DNA of 64,000 nt from Eledone cirrhosa. Its lineage: Eukaryota. Position numbers and translations under genes: made by a program. The notes under the pieces were generated by a model. The model was not told the DNA's origin and made no database searches. It saw only the letters and a list, made by a program, of their open reading frames with translations. Location: NCBI GenBank assembly GCA_964016885.1, contig OZ024740.1:246946001-247010000 (forward strand), in the 5' to 3' direction. Positions 37,236 through 50,603 of the stretch are shown one piece after another (position 1 is the stretch's first letter; each line of letters starts with the position of its first letter).

Positions 37236-37519
37236 TCCTGCGTCCATATATACACCAACAGAAACACTAATCTAGCATTAGACTCACATGTATCACATAA
37301 AGACACGCACATTAACAAATAACCTCACATTGTCTCTCCCACGCTATCGCAAATATACCTGGTCATACACACGCACACACACATACACACACACACACAC
37401 ACACATACACACACACATACACACACGCACACATACGCATATTTACACAACCATACCAACTCATTCACGCATATACACTTGTTCATCGACACACAATCTG
37501 GTAACCTGTGACTAGAGCT

Positions 37520-38102
37520 GTGTCAACTGTTATAATCCAGAGACCTAGAGACACAGTGCCCAGTGGAAACATTCAGAAACCCCAAGACGCAAGAAGGCCA
37601 GGCAAAGTAGGTCCACTGGGAAGCTCATGCTGATCTCATTCTCCGACAGCAAGAGCATCATCTACATCCACTGGATCCCACACGGCCAACAAAGAGTACT
37701 ATGTAGAGATTTTGAGGCAATTCAGAAAAGATTTCTTCGCAAGAGACCAGAACTCTTCAAGTCTGCACCAGGACAATGCCCCCTGCCACAAATCCATCCT
37801 GGTGACCAACTACAGTCCAGAAATAGCCCCATGTAACTTCTGGATGTTCCCAAAACTGAAGGAAAAGCTGATAGATATCAGCTGTTAGGATGTGGAGGAG
37901 AGGAAGGAAGCTGTGACAAGCGTCCTGGGCACCTTCACTTTGGAGGACTACAAGGGGGCCTTCCAGAAGTGGCTGGAGCGCAATAGGAAGTACATTGAAT
38001 TTGAAGGATCCTGCTTTGAGGGAGACTATAGTTTTGTGTTGATCTGAGTTAAATAAATATCTCTCTGATAAAAGTCTCAAAACCTCTTGAGTCTACCTCG
38101 TA
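37520..38102 (+). mobile_element. Mariner (Tc1/mariner) transposase remnant with right terminal repeat
   Basis: WKHSETPRRKKARQSRSTGKLMLISF, LHQDNAPCH, APCNFWMFPKLK; ends aaagtctcaaaacctcttgagtctacctcgTA. Confidence 0.85.
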
Positions 38103-38229
38103 CACTTGCCCCTGCACACATACACACCTACATGCATACATAACATGTTCACTCATATACACACACATCATATATCAATTCTCCCATACAAATACATAGC
38201 AATGACCACACACATACTAATCGACACAC

Positions 38230-38530
38230 AAACACAGGGAATGGACCTCCGTCTGTTTCGGCGGCGAAAGTTTCATTTTTTCAATCAACGGAACAGCCTG
38301 CTCATGAAATTAGTGTTTAGGGGTCTGAGCATTCCATAGACATGTCTATCGATGGAGAATCAGCGTGACACACTGTGTTACATGGCTGATCATTGAATTA
38401 CACGTATAATTCATTTCAGCCAACTGAAGGGACTGTGAAATAAAGTGGTCATCTCAAGAGTATAACATGCCGTCATGAATCGAACTCTCGACCTTATGAT
38501 CGATAGCCGAACATCCTAACCACTAATACA
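38230..38530 (-). mobile_element. tRNA-derived SINE (second family)
   Basis: gaatcgaactc..taaccactaa (B- and A-box complements) with cagcgtgacaca..ttgaattaca core; a plus-strand relative lies at 57440-57760. Confidence 0.6.
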
Positions 38531-38829
38531 CACTAACTTACACACGAACACATATTACACACACACTAGTCATCGATGTTATTCGACCTCTTAGACATAG
38601 CAGCAAAAGTCTCTTCAAATCACACGCAACCAAGTGAAGGGGAAAACATTAAATAACGTAATCCCAAACCAACCCCTAAAAGGTGGTATGAAATACCTTT
38701 AATAATAGGTCTGTTCGATTAGGGTTAACCTGGGACTAGATAACATTAAGAATAACAACAACGTATACACACACGACACTACACCTGTACACATACAGTT
38801 ATCAACAAGCTATATATATTTGAGAAAAT

Positions 38830-40150
38830 CCCCATCACCATCATATTCGCTTTAATACACTCCCTACTTGTACATTGCCACTACACCCTTATACTGCACC
38901 ACTACACTACGTCATTACACTACACCCTACGATCACCGCCCCAACCCCACGATTACCACCACCACAATATATCCCACTTCCACATCCATCACCAATACAA
39001 AACCTCCCAATATCGCCACTACCACTAACGCAATTACCGCCACCGCCGCCGCCACCACCACCACCAACACAACACACCAACGACAATACTACCACCACCA
39101 CCACCACCACCACCACACACGCCAGCACTCTCACCAACCCAACCACAAACGCACAACTCACCACCACCACCACCACCACCACCACCACAGTATTATCTTT
39201 GCCCGCAAAATTCCAACTTTATTATTGCTTGAAAGGTGAGAATGACTCATCACCACAACAGATTCGCGTCTACTGATATGAATACTACCACTACTACTAT
39301 TACTATTGCTCCTACAACTATCACCTCTATTACTAATACCATCACTATTACCACTACCATTACAACTATCCTTACTAACCCTACCACTAGTGCATTTATT
39401 TCTAATATCACATACCCCAACTACCACCACTACCATTACCACTACCACTCCATGAACACTACCACTAATACCATTATCACCACTACACTACCACTCCATG
39501 AACACTACCACTAATACCATTATCACCACTACCACTACCACTCCATGAACACTACCGCTAATACCATTATCACCACTACCACATTACCAAATTAGATCCT
39601 TTATTCCAACACCAATATCACACCCCCAACTACCACTACCACTCCATGAACACTACCACTAATACCATTATCACCACTACCACTACCACTCCATGAACAC
39701 TACCACTAATACCATTATCACCACTACACTACCACTCCATGAACACTACCACTAATACCATTATCACCACTACACTACCACTCCATGAACACTACCACTA
39801 ATACCATTATCACCACTACCACTACCACTCCATGAACACTACCGCTAATACCATTATCACCACTATCCTTTCTTCCATCACCAATATCACACACCCCCAA
39901 CTACCACCACGGACAACAACACCAACAATATCAACAACAACACCACCACCACTACTGACAGTAACATCAGCAATAACACTATTGCCAGCATCACCAAAAT
40001 CATCGCCCCCACCACCTCTATTACCGCTAACATCACCACCACTACCTCCAACGACATCATCACTATCACCACAACCACAGCCCCAGCCACCACCGTTACT
40101 ACTACTACAACCACCGCTATTGCCACTACCCGAAACCACCAGAGGTACCA
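38830..40150. repeat. CAC-rich low-complexity tract containing a ~42-44-bp minisatellite (39420-39870)
   Basis: Repeated unit ctaccactccatgaacactaccactaataccattatcaccacta. Confidence 0.9.
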
Positions 40151-40559
40151 CTTGTCTCTCTATATCTTCTCTTTTTCTTCAAGCTTTTCTTTCTTTTCAA
40201 TTCTTTCCGTCTTTACTACTTTGAGAAACTTTCCAGCTTTCTTCCATGGCATCTTGTTTTTTCTTGCTTTGTTCCATTCTTTTTTTCCCCATTTCTTTCC
40301 TCCACGTCCGCCGTTCTTATTCCCCTATATACATACACACAACATCTTGAGTCAACAAATCTGGTGATAAAGTGGGATGGACAATCTTCGTTCCAGTACC
40401 ATATTTTAGCAGTCGAGAATCTCGGGTAATGAGCCAAAGAATACGATCGTGAATACAAGCGAATTAAATGGGGTTCCACGAATGATCTTTGGAGTAACGT
40501 TACTCGCTAGAGTGCATGGTTCGGAGATCAGAGAGTCACTCCAGGTAGAGGCGCTACTT

Positions 40560-40795
40560 CTCCGAAAGGAGAGATCACAGCTGCGATACTCGCGACTCCG
40601 CTGCCACACCTGTCCTTTCCTCACCGACGCCACCTCTCTCACCGGACCTACCTCCCCATCGTTACACATTATGGACTCCTTCTGCTGCACCTCCTCGCGT
40701 CTCGTTCATGGGATCTGATGCGCGTTGTGTGAGGCCCTCTACTTTGGCCAAACCGGCCGCCGTTTGGCAAATAGATTTCCTGAACACCTCCCGTA
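40560..40795 (+). pseudogene. PLE GIY-YIG fragment
   Basis: RCHTCPFLTD..FCCTSSRLVHGI*CALCEALYFGQTGRRLANRFPEHLR. Confidence 0.75.
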
Positions 40796-40796
40796 C

Positions 40797-40990
40797 ATGC
40801 CCTTACGTACAACAAGGCACAAGGACAGACATTTAAGAAGATAGATGTATATCTACCAGCACAATTCTTCTCACAGGGTCAGATGTATGTTGCATTATCA
40901 CGAGTTACAAAAAAGAAAATATTAAAATATCAAATGAAAGGGGGTCTGTTTGCTGACAACTGTGTCTACAAAGAAATTCTACAGTGATGT
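40797..40990 (+). pseudogene. Helitron PIF1-type helicase C-terminal fragment
   Basis: LTYNKAQGQTFKKIDVYLPAQFFSQGQMYVALSRV, matching the TINKSQGQ..HGQLYVALSRV motifs, then NCVYKEIL. Confidence 0.8.
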
Positions 40991-41319
40991 AACACAGGTA
41001 TCACTCTCTCTTGATTGAAATGCATTTCATTTTTTTTTAATTGCTAGAAAAGGGACACTAAAAAAACTTAAGAAGTCTATATGTGAATACAGTAAAACAA
41101 CAATATAGCGAAGGTCAACTCTTCATATTGGTAAATGTAATTCATTCACACCAGCAGCATCTATTTTCAAATTCACTGCTTGAAGCTTCCCGTCGACATC
41201 CTCAAGTGCAGATTCATGAACATTTTCCGTCAATAGCTTCATCGCTTTTCTATCTTCATTATTGCCTTTTTTTCATGGATTACTTTACTGATTACAGAAG
41301 TAAGTGTAGCACTGTCTTT

Positions 41320-41560
41320 GTTCAGTTTACTCCACATAACGGCGTAATTATCCTCGCTTTTTCTCCGTCCATCGCTAGAGAACGTCTTCATGAACCAACG
41401 TGTCGTCTTATTGTTTTCCTTCGGCTGTACCGTATTTTTGAAATATTTACTTCAGCGTTCACAGATTCTTTTGATTTTTTTCAGTTTTAGAAGATCCCGG
41501 TAAGGGTGAAAGCAGCGATTCTTTGCTTAAAGTTTAATCTGTTCTTATAATAAATATATG
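41320..41560. repeat. Dispersed repeat; inverted copy at 48620-48860
   Basis: cgtcttcatgaaccaa..ttttccttcgg..agaagatcccg..agggtgaaagcagc matches the reverse complement of 48660-48800. Confidence 0.7.
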
Positions 41561-41635
41561 GTCTACGGATATTTATATATACATAATCGTTATCGAGCCC
41601 TCTTTTCGGATTTTTTTTCTTCACATTTATTATTG

Positions 41636-41672
<37 letters not shown>

Positions 41673-42159
41673 TGTGTGTGTTGAGAAGATCGGGGGTGGA
41701 GATCACAAATCATTCGCACGATGAGATGCAAAGTGATGAGGTAGAGGTCCGAACGCGAGCTCGGACAGTTTCAGATTCTAACCACTCCAAACTTTTAAGC
41801 GTTTAAGCTTGTAGAATTTACAGGCTGAAACTGCCTGAGCTAGTGATCGGGCCGTTACCTCATTAATATAAATATATATTTATATACATGTTACTTTTTA
41901 TCCAAGGGCAAAAGGGACCTGTCATATAAGGAAGAGCTTATGTTCAAGAGAATATGTTCAAGTTATGGGACTTGAAACCTTGATACTGTCAATATATATA
42001 ACGACTACTATTACGGTTATAACTGACAATTTGGCAGCTGTAACGTGTTTTCATTAATGGTTTTAGGTGCCCATATAGTCGCAATCTGATTCGGGGACAC
42101 ACTCCTCCTTCACCCAATGTAGGAGAAGAGGTTGCACTAGCACAGGTATGGCTCTTTCT

Positions 42160-42275
42160 TTGTCGACTCAGCTAGGATGGAAAGTAAAGTAAACCTCAGC
42201 GAGATTTGAACGCAGGGCGAAACAAACATTGCAACAAATTGTATCCGACGCTCTAACAATTCTGATAAATCGACA
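42160..42275 (-). mobile_element. SINE fragment (Nin/Deu-like family)
   Basis: ggatggaaagtaaagtaaacctcagcgagatttgaac..tccgacgctctaac. Confidence 0.5.
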
Positions 42276-43169
42276 ACCCTAAACATAAATATGTATGTAT
42301 ATGCATAAGAGTACTGGGTGTGTGCGCGTGTGTGCGTATATAGATATTCATGTATGTATATGTTTTGTGTGTATGTCTATGACTATACCTATACACACAA
42401 ATATCAACAATAAATGAACTTTGAATCTAAAATCTTTATTTGATTTGAAGTCTCGACTAGGATTGAACCCCCCCCCCAAAAAAAAACCCCGCTATATATA
42501 AATGACTATATAACTTTATAACTATATAACTATATAGCTGCACAGGTTTATATGAAAAATAGAAGGAATAAAAGAATTTAAAAAGCCACTATTCTTCAGC
42601 CATTGAATAATTGGAACTGAAAGACAATAATTCACCGTTCCATCAAGATACTTTTCTCAGAAACATTCTTTGAGCTATTTCAGTGTTCCGGTATTCCAGT
42701 GATGAAATGCTTGCACTAAATGGCAGAAGCTTGTTTCCTGAACCAAATTGAATTACTTAGCTCGAAATTGTTTGACAGCCGGAAATTCCATCACAGAACA
42801 ATAAATACCCTATTTGCGGATTACATGTCATATCTAATGACCGACTAATTAAGATGGATCTTATTTTATTTATTTAATTAATTAATTAATTTATTTATTT
42901 TCGGGTGTTTTTTTTTCAGGTCAATTGTCATCTTGTAAAATTAACTTCTACACGGAAGAGGTTTTGATTTAGTATCTATGGCTGAATGCCTAACCACTTT
43001 ACAGAGTGTACTTAGTCCATTTTATCATGGCACTATTACTAGAGAGGTTGTCAAATCCTTAACATGACTAAAGCACCCTCTCTACCATGCACTGTCTTTG
43101 TTCATTTACCTTTTTATAGGGGTCACTGAGTGCATTCTACCATGATACCAATCCTAGAGAGCTTATCAT

Positions 43170-43520
43170 GTCCATTGTAGGCTAAGAGTGAATGGAGAGA
43201 ATATATGAGGACTAGTCAGAAATGAATTGATCATTCTCTGATGGTTGTGTAATGGTAGTGTGCATGAAAGACAAAGCATAGCGGAATGGAAAGAAGAATT
43301 AAGCATAAGAAGAATCAGATGTAATGAACAGGAAAGAATATTGTGATGGTATGAGCAAACGATGCTTATACATGATGATTGCTTGGTGAAGAATTTCCAA
43401 CCGATTCCAGTGGAAGAAAGCTGAAGACGAAGACCAAGGAAAACCTGAGCTGAGGTGGTGAGAGTTGATATTAAATTGTTCAACCTCACATAAATAATGA
43501 AAGAACACAACAAATGGTCG
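43170..43520 (+). pseudogene. Decayed RTE-clade ORF C-terminus
   Basis: ERIL*WYEQ..DDCLVK..VEES*RRRPRKT*AEVVRVD, resembling LRWFGHV..RGRPKKTW.EVV..D. Confidence 0.6.
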
Positions 43521-43993
43521 TCCGCAAGGAGAGGTGGCTGTAAAATGGCAGTATTGAAATATATGTATGTATGTCTGTATGTTATCCTGGTTTTATAATT
43601 TCACAATTTTTTTCCCAATAGAGAGAGAGTCGGTTTCTAACATATACACAAGACTCTCTCATTGGAATTTACACAACATCAACTAGGTAGATTATGTATG
43701 CATGCATGCGTAGATATGGATGTGTATGTTTTGAGTTGTATGTGTGCATGTGTATATGCTTTGCATCTGTACATGTGTATATGCAGTTATTAGATGCAAC
43801 ATTTTTGGAATGTTTTACATATTTTTACTGTTCCATTAATGGATTGTACTTGTAATTTCCTAACTAGTTGTGTTCTTTCTGTTCTTGTGAAGCCTAGCTT
43901 CTCAAGATTTGTATTGAGGCAGTTACTATAACCACAGGCATAAATCTGAAGGTGTAATCAGGGTGGAGTATCTGCAGATTTCTCATCAGTTCT

Positions 43994-44082
43994 GTATGTA
44001 TGTATGTATGTATGTATGTATGTATGTATGTATGTATGTATGTATGTATGTATGTATGTATGTATGTATGTATGTATGTATG
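43994..44082. repeat. (TATG)n microsatellite
   Basis: Direct reading. Confidence 0.95.
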
Positions 44083-44297
44083 TGTCTATGTACACAATTA
44101 TACATACAAATACACACTCGGTCACACACTCAAAGACAGTTACATGCAACGGAAGTTTAACCCGAGGTGTTAATAAAATGTGGCGTGGTAAATAAATATA
44201 TACATATACCAGGTCCGAACACAATGGAACCAAACTCCCAATGTCACTGCCTCTGTCTCTCCTTCCATCCCCATCTCTCACTATTATGAGCAAATGG

Positions 44298-44452
44298 GGG
44301 CCCACGTGCTGGTTGCCCCGCGGCCCCGGTGGAGAGAATAGAGAAGGCGTTTCCCCGGAAGATGGTGAGAGAGACGCGTTGGAAGAGCCATTCCAGCTTG
44401 CGAGGCTCCCATTTGTGGGTAGCCAACTCTATGCCGATAGTGGTGAGTATGG
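44298..44452 (-). mobile_element. CRE-like element 3'-end stub
   Basis: EPRKLEWLFQRVSLTIFRGNAFSIL; similar to 27040-27192. Confidence 0.8.
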
Positions 44453-45104
44453 AGGCGGCCGTTTCACTATCGTATATAGCTTAAGCGTTCACTTTCTCGT
44501 TTTATTTCTCTCTCTCTTTCTCTCTCTCACTCCATATCTTTCTTTCCACTCTCTCTCATCCACTCCATTTTTCTTAGCTCTTTTCTCTTTCCTGCTTTGG
44601 TTGTTTTATCTTTTTATCTGTTAAAATAAGTGTATGAGGAGGATATAAATTTTAAGATAACGGTTAGGGAGAAAATATCACGTTTGTTGTGGGGATGAGT
44701 CAATAGAACTTCGTAATAGTAGTTAATCTTGAAAAGGATGTATGTCGGCTGAGATGTAATAATATTATGTCGCTGATAAGAGCCCACTCGTCTAGAATTT
44801 TATGCTTGGTTTTAACCTTTTAGCTTTTCGTTCCTCACTAATTGATAATTTCTTATATGCTATTTCGGTGACAGTAAAACTACCCGATCGGTTTTTTTTT
44901 CTTTGGACCCCTATGATGTCGCACTGGCAACTCTCAGCTGTGATGCTTGATAAAACTGCACCGAATATCCGTGAAGACCGTTAAGCAATCTTTATTGGAT
45001 TTCGAATTAAAGTGGTCCTCAGCTGAAGACATACATACATTATATATATATACATATATACATATTATATGTATATGAATATATATGTGTGTGTGTGCAT
45101 GTGC

Positions 45105-45156
<52 letters not shown>

Positions 45157-45659
45157 ATGTGCATGTGCGTGTGTGTGTGTGTGAAAGAGAGAGATAGGGT
45201 GAGGGGAGGGATGAGGGAGAGAGAGTGAAGGTCAAATTAAGTAATGTGTTAAATCAAATAAGTGGAAGAGAGTGTGAGGTAAAGAAACATTGATTAAGAG
45301 GGAGGTTTTAAAAACAAGAAGTTTTTTTTTTAAATTTACTAAGGTATACGTTTCACAGGCCCTAAAGACCAACTTGTTCATCGGCACATGTTGAACAAGT
45401 TAATCCTCAGGGTTAACGAATCGTACTTACCTAGTATGGCACCGTAGTGTAGTAACTGACCTTAATAATTATATTCAAACTCGCCCCACGGACTTAAGTT
45501 GCTCTACACCTTGGATATTTTTACTTACCTATTACTACAATACTATATATATATATTTATATATATATGAAAATAAAATCAGAATTTTATTTCTCACCCT
45601 AGCACAGCTGATACATATATGTATGTATGCACACGTTCATACACACACACACACACACG

Positions 45660-45793
<134 letters not shown>

Positions 45794-45844
45794 CATACAC
45801 ATATATACATATACACATGAACGTGTGGGTTATATTGATACGCT

Positions 45845-46157
45845 TGTAAACAAACGGCCCAATTTGAAACTGTGCCGGTGGCCGATGGTCACTTGTTTGT
45901 TCAACACTGGCTTTGAGGAACAATCAACATATTTCTGAGTCATTACTTTTCATCAGGACTGTATACCTCTACCAGTCTGTTGAATGGTTGAAAGTATATA
46001 GTATTTGCTTAAGTACACACCGGCTGAGTAGCCTCATTCACATACCGAGCGCGTTACGACTGACCTTGTCGAATATAAAAAAAAAGCCAGTGTTAAACAA
46101 ACAGAGGACGATCGGTCACCGATATGGCACAGCTTTTAATCGGGCCGTTAGATTACA
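45845..46157. mobile_element. Foldback element (~70-bp imperfect inverted arms) with degenerate hammerhead at 45921-45961(-)
   Basis: aacggccc..tgtgcc..ggtggccgat..tttgttcaacactggcttt pairs with aaagccagtgttaaacaaa..atcggtcacc..ggcacag..gggccgtt; minus strand cagtc-CTGATGA-..agt(aatg)act..-GAAA-tatg-TT-gattg. Confidence 0.6.
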
Positions 46158-46212
46158 AACAAATCGAACATTAGTATGTATATATGTGTGGGCATGTGTA
46201 TATATACATATA

Positions 46213-48022
46213 TAGGAAAAAGTATGACCCCGACGGCAGAGCTGAAGCCGTTTCGACGGCTATTTCTGGACTAAATTAGAATTTTTAGCCTGGTGAATAA
46301 ATAGCCGAACTTGTCAAGGGGGTACTTCCTTATATGGGAAGATTGTAGTTGTCAAGAGAATTGGTTAAAATTTGTTGTAAACACAAATAAGTCTATCATG
46401 GCATTTGGTGGGAGGTAGGGTGGCTGAACTTGCCTGTAGAACAATAGGGGAGTGAGTGAGTGGAGCGGCCAAGCGTTGAAAGTGATATGTATACAGCAGA
46501 TTCTAAGGATAGTGTATGAAGTGGCGGAGGGAGGTTATAGAATAAGTAAATCGAATGAGAGTAGGGGACAATAAACGATAATATAAAAAAATAAAAAAAT
46601 ATATAGTGAGAAATGAATAAAAAAAATCACAATGTTATCTTACAATTACTTATTATGAGAATAGAAAAAAACATGTAGAAATTGTGTAGTACCAGAACTG
46701 ATACACAATTAAAGGGGTTTAACACGTCTGCTATAAGTAGTTAGTAAAACGTATTCGGCCAATTCTATCTTAAAATTACAGGGGTGGAGGAACTGATGCT
46801 ACAGAGGCCCGATGGGCTGCATCGGGGTAGGCGAAAGGGGAAAAGCAGACGAGGAAGAAACTAGGGGGTGGAAGGAAGTGATAGGGTGAGACAGGGGAGG
46901 GGAGAAGAAGACAAAGAGGAAAAGAAAAGAAAAGAGATACATCTACCTAAGTAAGCTGGGGTTTCCCCTAACTTATTCGGCAAGTGGGGGGGGGGGGTAT
47001 CAGCATTTGTCTACCCACCCGGGTCGTTATGGGGTTTGAGGGCGAGGTAAGTTCTACGCAATCTGTGTTTGCATGCGGTTACCAGTTCGTCTTTCTTGTT
47101 TAGGAGTTGGTCCTTCGAAAACAGCATTTGTAATGTTTCCTCCGAGCATAAGTTACACGGACGGCGTCCTCCTGTGTAAGAGTTAGCTTTGGACAGTAAG
47201 CTCCAAATGAGATTGTAGGTTATATTATTATCTTGGAGGTCCCAGATGTGGGCCGAAAGTGTAGTGGCATGTCGCCGTACCGGGTTTCGGGAAGTATGTC
47301 GGTGTTGGTAGAGCCGGGACTTGAAGTCACACGCGATTAATCCTATATAAGCTTTGTTGGAGGTGTCCGTCCTCACGTTGCTCTGGTAGATCACGTTACG
47401 TTCTCGGCATTTGTTGTTGAGGGGGCACGTAGATCTATCAGGGCAGTTGCACCTCCTGGTCGGCTCTCCACTGATGTCTAGGTTATTTCTTCCATAGAGG
47501 TTGAGTTTTTGTTGTTTGAGGAGACGATATTTTGTGCGAAGTTAGGTGTGGTGTTGAAGGAGAGTTTGATGGTGTTTTTGTTGATTATGTTGTGGTAGCG
47601 GTGTTGTAGTGGGAAGTGTTTTTCGAGGAGTCTAAAGAAGATTTTCCCGATAGGTGTTGCCACCTCGGCATTATGGGGAGGATTGAACCACGTTACGTTG
47701 CGTGAGCGGCTGTGTCGCCTGTTGGTTCTGCTAAGAGAAGCTGGATAAAAGGATAGACTTGATAGACTTATTTGTGTTTACAACAAATTTTAACCAATCC
47801 TCTTGACAACTACAATCTTCCCATATAAGGAAGTACCCCGTTGACAAGTTCGGCTATTTATTCACCAGGCTAAACATTCTAATTTAGTCCAGAAATAGCC
47901 GTCGAAACGGCTTGAGCTCTGCCGTCGGGGTCATACTTTTTCCTATTCCCACTCTACTACCCTAAGTATTGAGTACTCTGGTGCGTTATGGTCCATCTAG
48001 TTCCTTACCACAATTCCTTTGT
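46213..48022 (-). mobile_element. PLE with GIY-YIG remnant and ~185-bp inverted terminal duplication
   Basis: 47011-47705(-): RNVTWFNPP..IGKIFFRLLEKHFP..CNCPDRSTCPLNNKC..NVIYQ..YIGLIACDFKSRLYQH..CNLCSEE..LLNKKDEL; 46213-46398 is the reverse complement of 47760-47945. Confidence 0.9.
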
Positions 48023-48046
48023 TATATATATATATATATATATATA

Positions 48047-48582
48047 TTTCGTTTCTGAATTTGTTTAGCAAGATTCTTTATCTGAAAACGTGCGTTGAAA
48101 CCGATATTGTTATACTTTGGGAGGGTCATGTTGCCAACCAAAATTAAATAGAAAACATGAATGGAATAGCAACATCACTACTTACAATTAAGGACAAAAT
48201 GAAAACACACACACATAGAACAAACAACCAACTAGTAACATGTAAATAAACAAATAAATAAACAAATAAAAACACCCACAGACACTCGAATGTAACGCAT
48301 GCGCAAACTAAGCCACAACACACACAAAAACAAGATGGCCTAGGACAGAACAAAGGAGAGGTACAAAACAAAGAAAAGAATCCCCAGTCACTGAAGAGGT
48401 CACAGAATGTGTGACGAAAGAACTTTGACAATATATGAACAACCATCCGGGTGTGGAACCAACCAACCAACGAACCGGAAATATACAAATTTCTTAAATT
48501 TATAAATTTAATTTATAATAAATTGGAGTGAAAGCAACTGGTGCGTGTGTTTCTTATTGGCAACATGACCCTCCCAAAGTAT

Positions 48583-48618
<36 letters not shown>

Positions 48619-48950
48619 TTATTTATTTATTAAAATAACAGAAAAAGTTTAAGCAACGAATTGCTGCTTTCACCCTTAACGGGATCTTCTGAAACAAAAA
48701 AAAATCAATCTGTGAACACAGAAGTAAATATTTCGAAAAACGTTGCAACCGAAGGAAAACAGGAAGACGATACTTTGGTTCGTGAAGACGTTCCCTGGTA
48801 ATGAACGGAAAAAAAAGCGAAGATATTACGTCATTATGTGGAACGGTGAGAACAATTACACGCAAAGACAAAACCTCGTTTACGTTATAAATGAAGTCGT
48901 AGACTAATTTTCAGATAAAGAATCTTGCCAAACAAATTCAGAAACGAACG
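48047..48950. mobile_element. Nested PLE-type fragments with two pairs of inverted ends
   Basis: Outer pair 48047-48088 / ~48908-48949; inner pair ~48103-48136 / ~48556-48590. Confidence 0.7.
48387..48429 (+). ncRNA. Minimal type I hammerhead ribozyme
   Basis: gtca-CTGAAGA-g-gtcaca(gaatg)tgtgac-GAAA-gaac-TT-tgac. Confidence 0.8.
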
Positions 48951-48962
48951 ATATATATATAT

Positions 48963-49907
48963 CCCGTTGGACCTGTGCGAAATTCCTTCCTTGCTCACAT
49001 TTCAACCAGGTTTGATGGTCTTTATTCTCTCGTTCACGATTTCACCGAACTTAAATTCATAGAAATCTGGGACTTGTCTCCTTCTTCCTCACTTCTGTTG
49101 CCTCACCATTTTGTTTGTTTACCCTCGCGTCCCCTTTATTTACGTGTCCCAACGACTTTTTTTAGCCGTTGCTCGCACCAACCGGAGGTATATGGTCTTT
49201 AAAGCGATGAAATGCCTATGATAGTTGGAAGATCACTGATGAAGGACAAACTTTTTTCATATGTAACCCATTTGCAACTCCGCAGCGCCCTTATTATCAT
49301 ATTTACACATATTTTTTCCTCTGCTGCTACACCGTCTTTTTCGTTCTATGTATCTTTACCCTTTCTAGCAGTCTCTCTCTCTGTTAGCCTCTTCCTCACC
49401 CTTCACTCACTCATTCTCTGTCACTACCTCTCCTCCTCCTCCTCTTTCTTCCCGTTTGACCTGTGAGTAATTCTTTTCTCTCACATTCTCGGCCAAGCTG
49501 GTCGGAATTTTTTCTCTCTCGTCTACGATTTCACAGAACTTATGTTTACCGAATTCGCAGACCAGACCCCTTCTTCCTCCCGTTAGACCTGTGCGAAATT
49601 CCTTCCTTGCTCACATTTCAACCAGGTTTGATGGTCTTTATTCTCTCGTTCACGATTTCACCGAACTTAAATTCATAGAAATCTGGGACTTGTCTCCTTC
49701 TTCCTCACTTCTGTTGCCTCACCATTTTGTTTGTTTACCCTCGCGTCCCCTTTATTTACGTGTCCCAACGACTTTTTTTAGCCGTTGCTCGCACCAACCG
49801 GAGGTATATGGTCTTTAAAGCGATGAAATGCCTATGATAGTTGGAAGATCACTGATGAAGGACAAACTTTTTTCATATGTAACCCATTTGCAACTCTGCA
49901 GCGCCCT

Positions 49908-49910
<3 letters not shown>
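48963..49910 (+). repeat. ~330-bp near-identical direct repeats with 616-bp period (PLE pseudo-LTR-like)
   Basis: ORFs 48975..49202 and 49591..49818 are identical; flanked by (TA)n. Confidence 0.85.
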
Positions 49911-49961
<51 letters not shown>

Positions 49962-49963
<2 letters not shown>

Positions 49964-50436
49964 TAAGAAAAAGCGAAGTCGTTTCAGATGTTTTACTTAC
50001 TTCAATCAAGATTTTAACTCGTACATGCTTAATTTAGGGATAGTATTGAGACCTAGTGAAACTCATACTCTCCCACCCCCACTAGCTTTCGGCCAACTGC
50101 CACTGGCAGGGTGACTAGCAGTAAACTATAACCGTGTCATATTACAGACCTGGATGGGGTGATTGTTTGGTTGCGAGGGGGACCTGCCTAGGCGAGTTTC
50201 GAAGAACTTTGGGGTACTTGATGGTAAACTTCCTTCGGACTTGCGCCTGCGCAGACCGGTGAAGAATTCAAGAGCACACGCTTTGTCTGTTCCCATGTCG
50301 ATTCAATTTGGATTGCCTCGGAAACATAACCTTATTATGTAAGAAGCTGTCACGGCACTGGGCACACCGAAGCGTGTGGCCACTGTCGTCATTGAAAAAT
50401 ACTTTAACATCTGAAACTACTTCGCTTTTTCTTATT
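49962..50436. mobile_element. Element with ~31-bp inverted ends
   Basis: aataagaaaaagcgaagtcgtttcagatgtt / aacatctgaaactacttcgctttttcttatt. Confidence 0.6.
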
Positions 50437-50603
50437 CGTTATATACTCCGTCACTCCTATGTGGAAAAAGTACGTTGAGTGCTTGAATTGAATTGCATCA
50501 ATATTTACCTTAAGTATATATGCATATATATATATATATTAGATAAATTATATGTGTTGATGATACAACTGTATAAGGCATTCAGGTATTTAAAGGTCTA
50601 ATG

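Noticed and set aside
38868-40224. Pro/Thr/His-rich mucin-like ORFs
   Set aside because: Low-complexity CAC tract open in several frames, with no splice or domain evidence.
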